Shown: positions 32,830 to 43,372, counted from the first letter of the stretch. The stretch: 64,000 bases of DNA from an uncultured Planctomycetota bacterium (GCA_963737655.1 CAVTTN010000002.1:864001-928000); one strand, 5' to 3'. Notes: generated by a model from the letters alone, not told the origin. A program made the numbers and translations.

Positions 32830-32840
32830 GGCCAGGGACC

Positions 32841-34316
32841 CAGCCCTTTGGAGTCGTCGGCATGAGTTTGTTAAGCTGCCACCAGATACGGAGTTACCGA
32901 TTCTCCGCGGAGGCGGCGGCGATGATCCTCAGCGATGTCTTCGAGCGGTTCTCCCGGGATTCTCCTCTGTCGGTCATGGCTCAGGGTGTCATGGCCAACG
33001 CCATGGACCCCCAGGCCCTCGACCAACTCTTCGAGGAGGTCGCCCGCAAGCAGTTCACCCACAAGCTCCTCTTCTCCACGGTCGTCGACCTCATGAGCGT
33101 CGTGGTCTGCCGCATCCGGCCCTCGATCCACGCCGCCTTCCAGGCCCGAGCCGAGACCGTCGGGGCGACCATCGACGCCGTCTACGACAAGCTCGACGGC
33201 ACCGAGACCGCCGTCTCCGCCGCGCTGGTCCACACGGTGGCCGCGCGGTTGGCCCCGGTCATCGAGGCGATGGGAGGCGCCCGGCCCGACTGGCTGCCCG
33301 GCTATCGCGCCCGGATCCTCGACGGCAATCACCTCCCCGGCTCCGAGCACAGGATCAAGGAGCTGCGGGCCATGCGGGCCGCCGCCTTGCCCGGTCACTC
33401 GCTGGTCGTGCTCGACCCCCGCCTGATGTTGGCCACCGATGTCGTCCCCTGTGAAGACGGTCATGCGCAGGAGCGGTCGTTGCTCGATCAGGTCCTGGCG
33501 AAGGTCGCGGCGAAGGACCTCTGGATCGCCGACCGCAACTTCTGCACGACCGACTTCCTGTTCGGGATCGCGGGGCGCGGCGGCTCCTTCGCGATCCGAC
33601 AGCACGCCTCGACCTTGCACTGGGCGTTCGTCGGCAAGCGGCGGGCCTGCGGCCGGATCGAGACCGGCCGGGTCTTCGAGCAGGCCATCCGGGCCACCGA
33701 CGAGGCCGACGAGATCCTGATCCTGCGCCGGATCACCGTGCTGCTGGATCAGCCCACGCGGGACGGAGAGGCCGAGCTGCACATCCTGACCAACGTGCCG
33801 GCCCAGGACGCCCGGGCCAAGGTGATCGCCGATCTCTACCGTCGTCGCTGGACGATCGAGACCGCGTTCCAGGAGTTGGAAGCGTCGCTCGACAGCGAGG
33901 TCAACACCCTGGGCTATCCCAAGGCGGCGTTGTTCGCGTTCTGCGTGGCCCTGGTCGCGTACAACGTGCTGAGCACGGTCAAGGGGGCGTTGCGTTCGGT
34001 GCACGGCGAGGAGGTGGTGGCCGATGAGGTCTCGGGCTACTACGTGGCCGACGAGATCCGGATGACCCACCGGGGGATGATGATCGCGATTCCCGAAGAC
34101 GAATGGGTGGTGTTTCACGACCTGCCCGCCGAGGAATTGGCCGAGGTCCTGGTGGGCCTGGCGCGATCGGTTTCCTTGCCGAAGCTGCGCAAGCACCGCG
34201 CGGCCCGAAGAAGCCGAAGCCCAAGAAACAGAGCGGGGCGAAGATCAAACATGTCGCTACCGCGAAGATCCTAAAAGCTCGTCAAGCGTGTACAAAGTAA
34301 TGCCTCCAAAGGGCTG
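32841..34316 (+). mobile_element. IS4-family insertion sequence
   Basis: 13-bp terminal IRs cagccctttggag / ctccaaagggctg; 11-bp direct repeat ggccagggacc at 32830-32840 and 34317-34327. Confidence 0.92.
32922..34300 (+). CDS. IS4-family DDE transposase; apparent frameshift near 34197
   Basis: ILDGN, IADRNF, LYRRRWTIETAFQ (YRE motif); basic tail RGPKKPKPK..KHVATAKIL in the shifted frame. Confidence 0.9.
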
Positions 34317-34421
34317 GGCCAGGGACCGCACCCATCACGCGACGGCCGTTTGTCGCCGCGTGGCGTGATGGGCGCGGTTCATTCGCCCCGGAGCGCGTCG
34401 CGTTCCCGACGCCGGGGCGGC

Positions 34422-34766
34422 TCAGAAGACGTCCAGGGCGTAGTGGTTGCCCTGGTAGAACTTCCGGCGGTAGTCGATGTCGTAGAAGCCGAACTTCTTG
34501 CGGATGCCCGAGACGCGCTTGCCGCCGTAGAAATTGCGGTAGTACGGGCTCTGGATCTGCGGCACAATGCGCTGCTCGCGGGGGTAGACGTACCAGCGGT
34601 CGTACAGCGACCGGTACTCGAACCCATTGCCGGGGACCTGGGGCGGGGTGTAGGGCCAGTGCAGGTAGTCCGACCAATCCTGCGCCTTGGCGGAGCCACC
34701 CAACCCGGCGAATCCCAGGAGGACTCCCGCCAGGGCGAGGGCCTTGACCAGTGAGCGACGACGCAC
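34422..34766 (-). CDS. Small secreted aromatic-rich protein
   Basis: GGAGG RBS before GTG; RRRSL..AKA signal peptide; Tyr/Trp-rich mature part ending GNHYALDVF. Confidence 0.7.
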   Translation of the reverse strand: MRRRSLVKALALAGVLLGFAGLGGSAKAQDWSDYLHWPYTPPQVPGNGFEYRSLYDRWYVYPREQRIVPQIQSPYYRNFYGGKRVSGIRKKFGFYDIDYRRKFYQGNHYALDVF

Positions 34767-34867
34767 GTTCCACCTCCGTGAGTGTGCTGAGGGCATCCGA
34801 ACATCGATCAGGATGCCACACGATCGCCGACCGAGTCGGGACGTCGGGCGATTTTTCGCGACGGCGA

Positions 34868-36061
34868 GTGCGGGATGCCCGACCTGGGCAACTCCTGGCG
34901 ATCGGACGGCCTCGGCTCGTCGGTCTCGCCGCCGTCGCGGCCCTCCTGATCGTCCCGAGCCGACCGAGCCGGGCCAGTTCGCCCGAGCCCGAGATCGGCC
35001 GCTACCGCGCCCACGTCGCCACGCTCGCCTCGGCCGAATTCGGCGGCCGCCGAGGCCCCGGCGCGATCAAGGCGGCCGCCTACGTCGAGGACGAATTCCG
35101 CCGGCTCGGCCTGGAGCCGCTCTTCGACGGCTCGTTCCGCCAGGAGATCCCCGACGCCACCACCGGCAAGTCCCTCGGCCGGAACGTGGGCGGGGTGATC
35201 CACGGCTCCGACCCGAAGCTCGCCGGTCAGTTCGTGGTGATCGGGGCCCACTTCGACCACCTGGGCAAGGTCGGCCGCCAGTATTACCCGGGGGCCGACG
35301 ACAACGCCTCGGGCGTGGCCATGATCCTGGAGGTCGCCCGCTGCGTCGCGCAGTCCGACACGCCTCCCCGCCGATCGGTGATCTTCCTCGGCTTCGACCG
35401 CGAGGAAGACGGCCTCTGGGGATCGCGGTTCTTCGTCGAGAACCCGCCGGTCCCCCTGGATTCGATCAAGCTGTTCATCACCGCCGACATGATCGGCCGG
35501 GACCTCGCGGGCGTCTGCAAGGATTTCGTCTTCGCCTTCGGCTCCGAGACCTCGCCCGGCCTGCGACCCTGGATCGACGCCGCCTCCGCCGGAGAGCCCA
35601 TCCGGCTCGGCCTGCTCGCCAATGATTTGCTGCTGGTCGATCGCAGCGATTACGGCCCGTTCCGCAAGCGGGAGATCCCCTATCTCTTCTTCAGCACGGG
35701 CGAGAACCCGGTCTATCACCGCGTCGGAGACACCGCCGACACGCTCGACTACGCCAAGGCCATCGCCACCACGAGGATCATCGCGAGGGTCGTCCGCAAG
35801 GCCGCCGGGGCCGACACCCTCGCCCCGTGGAACCCGATCAGCGAGCCCGACCTCCGCGAGGTCCTGGTCGTCCGCGACGTCCTCCAGGTCCTGATGGCTC
35901 ACCGCGACGATCTCAAGATCGGGACGGCCCCGAGGCTCGTCCTCAAGAACACGCTCAACGTCCTCGACGGCATCATCGCCCGGGGGAAAATCACCGCGGC
36001 AGAGCGGGCGAGGCTCGTCCAGGCCGCCCGGTTCCTGCTGTATTCGGTGATCTCCCCGTGA
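34868..36061 (+). CDS. M28 family metallopeptidase (start uncertain)
   Basis: GAHFDHLG, GADDNASG, EEDGLWGS, RSDYGPF, YHRVGDT. Confidence 0.9.
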   Translation: MRDARPGQLLAIGRPRLVGLAAVAALLIVPSRPSRASSPEPEIGRYRAHVATLASAEFGGRRGPGAIKAAAYVEDEFRRLGLEPLFDGSFRQEIPDATTGKSLGRNVGGVIHGSDPKLAGQFVVIGAHFDHLGKVGRQYYPGADDNASGVAMILEVARCVAQSDTPPRRSVIFLGFDREEDGLWGSRFFVENPPVPLDSIKLFITADMIGRDLAGVCKDFVFAFGSETSPGLRPWIDAASAGEPIRLGLLANDLLLVDRSDYGPFRKREIPYLFFSTGENPVYHRVGDTADTLDYAKAIATTRIIARVVRKAAGADTLAPWNPISEPDLREVLVVRDVLQVLMAHRDDLKIGTAPRLVLKNTLNVLDGIIARGKITAAERARLVQAARFLLYSVISP

Positions 36062-36132
36062 GGCGGGGCAGGGGGGTGGGAGCGGGAAATCGGTCTGCTC
36101 TGGAGAAAACCCCGGTGATTGAGCGGAATCGA

Positions 36133-36200
36133 GTAGGTCCGACTTCAGTCGGGCCTACGAAAAAAGGGATTTTTGTAGGCCCGACTGAAGTCGGACCTAC
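36133..36200. repeat. REP doublet family E, copy 1
   Basis: gtaggtccgacttcagtcgggcctac plus an inverted copy; outer arms tgctctggagaa...ttctccagagca extend the fold. Confidence 0.9.
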
Positions 36201-36264
36201 TCGATCGACCTCTTCGATCGGGGTCTTCTCCAGAGCAAGATCGGTCCCATTTTCCCGACGCCGA

Positions 36265-37104
36265 TTACCCCCGCAGCCACCTCGTCAGGTCCGCCGCATA
36301 CCGGGACGGGTCCGGCTCGAATTCCAGGGTGTGGTGGGCGGCGGGGTATTCGATGATCGTCCGGTTCGGGCTGGCGAGGCGGTCGAAATAGGCCCGGGTC
36401 TTCGCGTTGTCCACGATCCGATCGTGCTCGGCGAGCATCAGCAGGGCCGGCTGATGAACATGCTTCGTAGCCCGGGACACGGCGCGATCCAAAAACGTGC
36501 TCGCCGCCAGGAGCCGGGCCGTCGCGTCTCGGAGCGAGAGCGGGTCGTCGGCGATGAACCGCTGGCCCTCGGGATTCGCGGTGAACAGGGCAGGATCGCT
36601 CAGGGGGATCGGAAAACGCCTCGTCGGGTTGGTGAAGAACGCCAGGGCGATCCGAATTCGCTCGGCGAACGTGACGCCGACCCGGGGTTGCAGGCCGGGG
36701 CAGATCAGCGCGAGGGCGGCCACGTCGTCGGGGGCCTCCGCGGCGGCCAGGAGGGCGAGCTTCCCTCCCCAACTGATCCCGGCAAGGCTCGTCGGCACGG
36801 CGGGATCGGCCTTGCGACGGTCCCGGACGAACTCCACCACGTCATCGACCAGCCTTCGCCAACCCGGAGTGTCGCCCCGATCCCGGGCGTTCGAGCCCGA
36901 GCCTCGACGATCGGGGAAATGGGCCTCGAAGCCCAGCTCGGCGAGCCGACGCCCGAGACCTCGATACCATTTCTCGTGGCTCTGGACGCCGTGCAACACC
37001 ACGATTCGCCCCGTCGGCGGGCCGTCCGACGGCCACGAGGCGATGTGAATTGGGTAGCCGTCGGAGGCCGTCCACGACGAGATTTCGGGCGATCGCTCAG
37101 CCAC
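36265..37104 (-). CDS. Alpha/beta hydrolase (lysophospholipase-like)
   Basis: HGVQSH, DRRGSG, GISWGG, HDRIV, AHHTLEFE. Confidence 0.88.
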   Translation of the reverse strand: MAERSPEISSWTASDGYPIHIASWPSDGPPTGRIVVLHGVQSHEKWYRGLGRRLAELGFEAHFPDRRGSGSNARDRGDTPGWRRLVDDVVEFVRDRRKADPAVPTSLAGISWGGKLALLAAAEAPDDVAALALICPGLQPRVGVTFAERIRIALAFFTNPTRRFPIPLSDPALFTANPEGQRFIADDPLSLRDATARLLAASTFLDRAVSRATKHVHQPALLMLAEHDRIVDNAKTRAYFDRLASPNRTIIEYPAAHHTLEFEPDPSRYAADLTRWLRG

Positions 37105-38281
37105 GGGCGGCCTCCTGGCGAGCCACGGTCATCCGTTCCAGGCCCTCGGGATCGACCGTGACGCCCAGGCCCGGGCCGCTCAACGGCCGGGCCCGGCCTC
37201 CGAATTTGAAGGTGATGTCCTCGCGAATCACATTCGTGGCGAGAACGTGGCGATCATACGAGCCTTCGAGGAACCGAATCCCCAGGACATTCGCCGCGAC
37301 GTGCCGACCGGCCGCCGAGAGCAGGCCCGTCTCGCCCGGGTGACAGCCGAGTTGGAGGCCCAGTCCCGATCGCTTCGCCAGGGCCATGATTCGGAGCGAC
37401 GGCCCGATCCCTCCGCACTTCGACAGCCTCACATTCAGGAAATCGGCCGTCCCGCGATCGATGGCCCGGACGGCGTCGGGATAGCCGCAGAGCGACTCGT
37501 CGAGCATCACCGGGACGCCCAGTCCCGGCCTCAATTCGGCCAGGCGATCGACCTCCTCGTGAGGGACCGGCTGTTCCAGGACCGAGGGGCGGAAGGGCAG
37601 GAGGGGGCGGACCCGCTCGACGGCCTCGCCCGCGGGCCAGGCCTCGTTCGCATCGATGCGAAGATCCATCGATCGACCCAGGATCCTGCGGAGGAGGGCC
37701 ATCCTCGCCGGGTCGTCCTGCCCGGCGACGCCCACCTTGACCTTCACCTGAGCAAATCCATAAACCCGCATCTTGAACGCGGAGATCCGCTCCTTCCGCG
37801 GACTCTCGGCGGTGATCGCCCCGCTGTAGCGGACCGATCGCGGCGATTCGGGCACGTCGAGGCCCTCGTTCAAGGCGAGCAAGCGGACGGCGTCGCCGAC
37901 CGACCGGCCGAACGCGCGGCCATAGGCGTCGAAGAGGGCGAGCTCCAGGGCGCATCGGGCCGCATTGCCGGCCATCCCTCGCGGGTCGGCCTCGATCCGG
38001 GGCAAGGTGATCGCGGAAATCGCCGAGACGGCCGAATCGAAGTCGGCCGGACGGCCCAGGGCCCGGGCCACGTCCAGGGCCATCAGGTCGGCCGTCGCCG
38101 ATTCGATCGTCTCGCCCGTGACGTACTCTCGCGGGACGCCCTCGCCGAAGCCGACGTGCCCGGATTCCAGCTCGGCGCGGACGATCAGGCTATCGCTCGT
38201 CGTCCTCTCGTGGGAGGCGTGGCGGATCGCCTTCTTCAGGGGGATGGCCGCGTGGATCAGCGTCAGCGATCGCAACGTCAT
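37097..38281 (-). CDS. Enolase superfamily, MLE/dipeptide-epimerase-like protein
   Basis: G.GEG, KVKVG, RIDANEAW, LEQP, MLDES, NVRLSKCGG, PGLG. Confidence 0.88.
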   Translation of the reverse strand: MTLRSLTLIHAAIPLKKAIRHASHERTTSDSLIVRAELESGHVGFGEGVPREYVTGETIESATADLMALDVARALGRPADFDSAVSAISAITLPRIEADPRGMAGNAARCALELALFDAYGRAFGRSVGDAVRLLALNEGLDVPESPRSVRYSGAITAESPRKERISAFKMRVYGFAQVKVKVGVAGQDDPARMALLRRILGRSMDLRIDANEAWPAGEAVERVRPLLPFRPSVLEQPVPHEEVDRLAELRPGLGVPVMLDESLCGYPDAVRAIDRGTADFLNVRLSKCGGIGPSLRIMALAKRSGLGLQLGCHPGETGLLSAAGRHVAANVLGIRFLEGSYDRHVLATNVIREDITFKFGGRARPLSGPGLGVTVDPEGLERMTVARQEAARG

Positions 38282-38358
38282 GGGACGACGGCCCCCGGCT
38301 CGGGATCGCGAGCCCTGGCAGGGCCCGTCCCTTTCGGATCGGCCGGTCGGGGCGACCG

Positions 38359-38741
38359 TCAGTAGAACTTTTCCAGGGCCCGGGCGACGGCGTGGGTGAC
38401 GACGTGGCGGCTCACCGGCTTCTTCAGCACGCAGAAGACATTGGCCGAAAGCGCCGCCTCATCAACGAGTCGTCCGAGTCCCCCGAGAGCAGGATCGTCG
38501 GGACCGTCCCCTTGATCTGCCGGACGATTTCCAGGGTCTCCAGGCCGGTCAGGCGGGGCAGGTACATGTCCATCAGGGCGAGGTGGACCTCGCGCTTCAG
38601 GACGATGTCGATGGCATGCTCGCCGCTCTCGGCCAGGATGGTCTGGTAGCCGGCCGGCTCGAAGATGTCGCGGAGCGTCTCACGCGCCGTGGCGTCGTCG
38701 TCGGTGATCAGCAGGGAGTAAGGGGCCGAGTGCGTCGTCAT
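38359..38741 (-). CDS. Single-domain response regulator; apparent frameshift near 38452
   Basis: LLITDDD, ALMDMYLPRLTG, ILLSG; C-terminal VLKKPV in the shifted frame. Confidence 0.85.
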
Positions 38742-38962
38742 CGCCGGGGACGGCCGTTCGACGGGGGATTGGAAAAGGAAAACAAATCTCAAAGGTCTCT
38801 CAACATTCTGGTGCAACTTTCGAGCCACGGCAAGGAGAAAGTCTCCCGAGACCGCGCAGATTGGGCCCAAATCCCGGTTTGTCCGCGAGATGAGGCGATC
38901 CGGAATGCTCCTCCGTCGAGCCTGGGGATGCTGGAACCCGGGCAGTGGGGCCAATTTGGCAG

Positions 38963-39994
38963 TCAGCGGCGGGCGGGATTGGCCGATCCGGGGGTCTGCG
39001 CCAGCCGGCCGAACAGTCCTTTCGGCGCGCCCCATCGGGCGTTGGGATCGAACGCGGTCGAGGAGGCGAGTTCGGGCAGGTCGGACTGGAAGTCCCGGAA
39101 CGTGTACTGCTCGACGAGCTCGCCGCCGGGCCCGGTCTCGCGAACGCTCATCGGCAGGCCGTTGGCCGGGTCGAGATAGACGATCCAGGTCTGGCCCCGG
39201 GGCGACTGGCGGATGATCTTGTGGCCGGGCGAGTTGAGCCCGGCGGGCGTTTCCAGGCCGCCGTAGCTCAGCCGATCGCCGCCGGGCTGGCCGCTCTCGA
39301 TCTTGCGGACCTCGGCCTCCATCTGACCCAGAACGTCTTCGAGCCCGGCCTCGGTGATCGGGTGTCGGCTGTACTTCATGACCATCGGGCTGAGCGGGTC
39401 CAGGGCCATCCGCGGCACCAGGGGGGTGTCGGCCATGTTCAGGTGGATCTTGCCCTCGCCCTCGGGCGTCGAATAAAGGACTTCCCGGCCCTTTTGCGGG
39501 CCGTCGGGCCACTGGAGGAGCACGCCCTTGGGATCGCGACGAATGCTCAGGACGATCCGCTCGGCGTCCCCCAGGGCGCCGTTGACGCGTTCCTGGCGAT
39601 CCATCGTGACCCGATAGTTCTTCATCGAGCCGAGCGTTTTGCGGGCCTGGGCCAGCAGCGGCTTGATGGTCGCGATCGCCCCCTCGGCGGGTGGCTTGGG
39701 GGCCGCCACTCGGGGCGAAGCGGCCGGCGCCGAGGGCGACACGGCCGGATCGCGCCTCGGGGCCAACGCGGTCGCCGGGGCCGAGGTGTTCGGCTCCCCG
39801 CTCCAGGCGATCTGAGCCGGGGGAGGGGTCGTCTCGGCGCGTTTGGCCAACGCGGGAGGGGCCGACCTCCGCTTCTTCAGGATTGGCAACGGGGAATTCT
39901 GGGCCCGATACTTCTGGAGCCTCGCGCAGCCCGGCCCGAAGCCGACCGCGACGGCGAGTGCCAGGAGCCACGACCCGCGGAAGGTGCGATCCAT
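38963..39994 (-). CDS. DUF1571 domain putative lipoprotein
   Basis: Signal ending GPGC; QERV.G.L, GREVLY, SRHPITEAG, LVEQYTF, FDP. Confidence 0.82.
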   Translation of the reverse strand: MDRTFRGSWLLALAVAVGFGPGCARLQKYRAQNSPLPILKKRRSAPPALAKRAETTPPPAQIAWSGEPNTSAPATALAPRRDPAVSPSAPAASPRVAAPKPPAEGAIATIKPLLAQARKTLGSMKNYRVTMDRQERVNGALGDAERIVLSIRRDPKGVLLQWPDGPQKGREVLYSTPEGEGKIHLNMADTPLVPRMALDPLSPMVMKYSRHPITEAGLEDVLGQMEAEVRKIESGQPGGDRLSYGGLETPAGLNSPGHKIIRQSPRGQTWIVYLDPANGLPMSVRETGPGGELVEQYTFRDFQSDLPELASSTAFDPNARWGAPKGLFGRLAQTPGSANPARR

Positions 39995-40103
39995 CGCCTG
40001 CTTCTCCCCAGAGGGGGCTCCATCCGTGGCCCCATCGCCGCAACGCGACGGCATCTCTTACCCGATCCAGGGAATCTTGACAATCCGAGGACCGATCACC
40101 GGC

Positions 40104-40750
40104 TCAAGGCAAGACTTCGCGGACCGGGAACCGACCGACCTCCCGGCCGTCCAGGATCAGGGCCGCCTGATCGTCAGGCCCCAGGAGGGCCGTCCGGGCA
40201 TAATGGGCCTGTTCCCCCTGGCCGGTCGGCTCGGTGTGCACTTCCAATCGATTGCGGCGGAGGTCCAGCAACCAGTAGATCGGCACGCCGGCCCCGGCAT
40301 AGGTGACCCATTTCACGTTCCGGTCGATGGAGTAGCTCGAATCGGCCACCTCGACGACCAGGGCCGCGTCGCGCTGGGTCCGCCGACGCCCCGAGTAGTC
40401 GCGAGGGCGGCCCCGGACGACCTGCGCATCGGGTCGGGCTCGCTGTCCCGCTCCTCGATCGTCACCGGGTTGCCCATCGACACGAAGAAATCGGCCGGGA
40501 CGAGGCGATGGAGAAGGTCGTCGAGGAGATCGGTCGCGAGGACATGGGGCGGGTTCTTCGACATCTTGCTAACGATCACGCCCTCCAGGAGCTCGACCCT
40601 CGCGTCGGGGCCGAAGACGCCGGCCTCGGCCATCCGATGGTACTCGGCCACGGTGATCCGTCGCCGGGCCAGCAGCAGCGCCTCGCCTTGCGCCATCGCG
40701 AGATCGATCTCGCCCCCGGGCGTGACGAATGGTTCGACGATCGTCGCCAT
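40104..40750 (-). CDS. Uma2 family endonuclease-like protein; apparent frameshift near 40432
   Basis: RRITVAEYHRM..AG, VELLEG, SEP|DAQVV, VEVADSS, YA.AGVP.YW. Confidence 0.82.
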
Positions 40751-40767
40751 CCTCGATCCTCCTCGCT

Positions 40768-41382
40768 TCAGGGCAAGACGTCCTTCACCGCGACATGACC
40801 GACTTCGCGACCGTCCAGGATCACGGGGACCTCCTCGGATCGACCGAACGCAAACGACTGCCGATACCGGGGATGATCGGCCGGGCCGGTGGGGTCGGAA
40901 TAGACTTCGATCCGGGCGCCTCGGAGGTTGACGATCCAGTAGGTCGGGATCGCCTCGGCGGCATACGTCGAGAGCTTGTCCCCCCGGTCCTCCGCCAGGC
41001 TCGAATCGGCCACTTCGACGATCAGGACGACATCGCGAGACGCGGGGGTCTGGCGCGAGAAGTTGCGAATCCGACCCCGAACGATGGCCAGATCGGGCTC
41101 GGGCATGCCGTCGTCGGGGATTTCGATCGGTTGCTCCGGCCGGGCGTGGAAACCGTCGGGCAGGAGGGCCGTGACGACCTGGGCGAGCATCAAGACGGCC
41201 GTCAGGTGGCGCGGATTCTTGCCCCATTTCTCGACGATCCGCCCTTTCCACAAAGAAACGCGGTCCGATTCCCGGATGCTCCCCGCCTCGATCATCTGCC
41301 TGCAGCGGGCGGTCGAGATCCGCCACGGCCGATCGAGGGGCGAGGTGAGTGATCCCCGTTCGGAACGAACGCCGATGGCCAT
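40768..41382 (-). CDS. Uma2 family endonuclease-like protein
   Basis: PEPDLAIV, IVEVADSSL..DR..K...YA...IP.YWIVNL. Confidence 0.88.
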   Translation of the reverse strand: MAIGVRSERGSLTSPLDRPWRISTARCRQMIEAGSIRESDRVSLWKGRIVEKWGKNPRHLTAVLMLAQVVTALLPDGFHARPEQPIEIPDDGMPEPDLAIVRGRIRNFSRQTPASRDVVLIVEVADSSLAEDRGDKLSTYAAEAIPTYWIVNLRGARIEVYSDPTGPADHPRYRQSFAFGRSEEVPVILDGREVGHVAVKDVLP

Positions 41383-41497
41383 GCCCGTGCTCCTCCTTCC
41401 GCCATGATGCGCGCGCCCTCCGGCTCGTGCAAAGGGGGAAATGGGAGGGGAAATGATGTCAGACCTGCCTTGTAGAAAACCCTGTTGAGAATGAGGA

Positions 41498-41575
41498 AAC
41501 GAGTCGGTCCGACTTCAGTCGGGCCTACAAAACAAGACCCTATTGTAGGCCCGACTGAAGTCGGACCGACTCGTT
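41498..41575. repeat. REP doublet family E, copy 2
   Basis: 33-bp arms homologous to 36133-36200. Confidence 0.9.
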
Positions 41576-41609
41576 GGACCTCGTCGAAACGCGTATTCAG
41601 AGGTGCATG

Positions 41610-43349
41610 TCAGACCATCTTTTTAGTCTCGAAAACACGATCTGAAACCATTTCCCCCTTCGCCGGCTCCTCGACGACCCGGAACCCTTCGACGGCCTTC
41701 AGGTCGGACATCAGGCACGGCTGCTTGTACTGCTCGGCGGTGCCTCCGCTCCTGGCGAGCCTCTTGCGCTGCAGGTCCGCCCAGGAGCCTCGGGCCACCC
41801 TCGCCACGCGGACGGGACCGAGCCTCAGGGTCGCCCGCTTGTTCTCGTACTCGACGTTGGCGATCGCCAGGCGAGATTCCACCTCGCTCGCCAATCGCTC
41901 GCGGATCGCCGGGCCGTCGAGGTCGTCTTCCTCGATCAACAGGCAATAATGAGGCGGATCGTCCCAGACCGGGGCGAGCAGATACGACTTGAGCCTCAGG
42001 CCGAGCGACGCCGTCGCGCCATCGACGGCCGAGACCACCTGGAACTCGGAGATCTTCTCGCCCGTGAGGCTGGAGATATGCGCACCCTTGTTCAAGAACT
42101 CGATCAGGGGCGCCCGGCCGTGGAACCCGGCGCAGCGGACGAGGTCGAAAATCTGGTAGCGATAGAGGCCGCCGGAGGTCGTCGGCAAGATGTAATAGCG
42201 TTGCCCTTCGATCAGGTCGCATGCCTCGACGGTTTCGGGCTCGTCGCGGTCGACCTGGTCCTCGGGCAGGAACTCGAAGTAGTGGTGGCGGACGTCCAGG
42301 ATTCCGGCCGGAGTGCCGTCGTCGACGGGGATCGTGAACCGGCCCTCGGAGGCGATCAGGCCGATGTCGCGGACCGGGCGATCCCCGAAGAACTCGGGAT
42401 AGTGCCGCAAATACGCCCCCATCGTCCCGCCCGTCCAGTTGGCCAGGAACTGGAGGTTCGGCCAGTAATCCCGGGGCAGGAGCCGGCCGGTCTCCGAGGC
42501 GATGGCGTCGAGCCGTTTCGCCGCGTCCTTGCGCTTCCTGCGGACCTTCCAGCCGATCGCCTTGCGGACCGGGCCCGGCACGTCGAACCGGTCGGAGAGC
42601 GTCCCGTCGCGGAGGTCGCGAATCAGCGCCTCCTTCTCGCGGTCGCCGAGCCGGGCGATCCCCAGGAGCGTGCTGGGGTTCGCGGCCATCGTGGCGCCGA
42701 GGTCGCGATAGGCGGACATCCTCAGGGCGACATAGTATTTCGCCTCGACGTCCTTGATCCCCATCGTGACCGGCGGCATGCAGTAGGTGGTGCGGACCAG
42801 GGGGTTTTGCATCTGCGCGGTCAATCCGGTGATCGCCCCGCAGGGAATCCCGGCCGGGGTGAAGCTCTCCCTCCAGTTGCTCACGAGCTGGAGGATCGGC
42901 TTCAGGCCGTCGTCGAGGATCGCGGGATAGGCGTCGAACGCGAGGATTCCCCAGATCGTCCAGCCCTCGCGATAGTCCTTCAGCGACTGGCGGGTCACGG
43001 GGATCGTCTTGGGAGTCGCGGTGGTGCCCGAGGTCATCGCGAACATCAACACGTCGGTCCCCGGGCCGAACAGGGCGCCGGTGTCGCCCTGGCGGACCTT
43101 CGCGATGTAGGGCTCGTGGCCATCGTATCCCCGGATCGGCACTCGTTTTCGAAAATCGCTCGCCGACTTGATCTCGCCGAAATGGTGATCGCGCCCGAAT
43201 TGGCCCTCCGCGTTGCGGCGGACGAGTTCGAGGAGCCGGGCGCGCTGGACCTCGTCGGCGCGTTCGGCCTGCCGGAGGAACTCGGCGGCCAGCGCCCGGG
43301 TCTTCCTCACCAGGGGGCGGCCGGCGTACTTTCGGATGAGGTTTAGCAT
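41610..43349 (-). CDS. GH3-family acyl-adenylate/amide synthetase-like protein
   Basis: F..RVPI..Y, MTSGTT.TPK.IP, IASEG, FEFLP, GGLYRY...D, TGEKISE, YKQP. Confidence 0.9.
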   Translation of the reverse strand: MLNLIRKYAGRPLVRKTRALAAEFLRQAERADEVQRARLLELVRRNAEGQFGRDHHFGEIKSASDFRKRVPIRGYDGHEPYIAKVRQGDTGALFGPGTDVLMFAMTSGTTATPKTIPVTRQSLKDYREGWTIWGILAFDAYPAILDDGLKPILQLVSNWRESFTPAGIPCGAITGLTAQMQNPLVRTTYCMPPVTMGIKDVEAKYYVALRMSAYRDLGATMAANPSTLLGIARLGDREKEALIRDLRDGTLSDRFDVPGPVRKAIGWKVRRKRKDAAKRLDAIASETGRLLPRDYWPNLQFLANWTGGTMGAYLRHYPEFFGDRPVRDIGLIASEGRFTIPVDDGTPAGILDVRHHYFEFLPEDQVDRDEPETVEACDLIEGQRYYILPTTSGGLYRYQIFDLVRCAGFHGRAPLIEFLNKGAHISSLTGEKISEFQVVSAVDGATASLGLRLKSYLLAPVWDDPPHYCLLIEEDDLDGPAIRERLASEVESRLAIANVEYENKRATLRLGPVRVARVARGSWADLQRKRLARSGGTAEQYKQPCLMSDLKAVEGFRVVEEPAKGEMVSDRVFETKKMV

Positions 43350-43372
43350 GGCCCCTCCTAAATCGGGGATTC

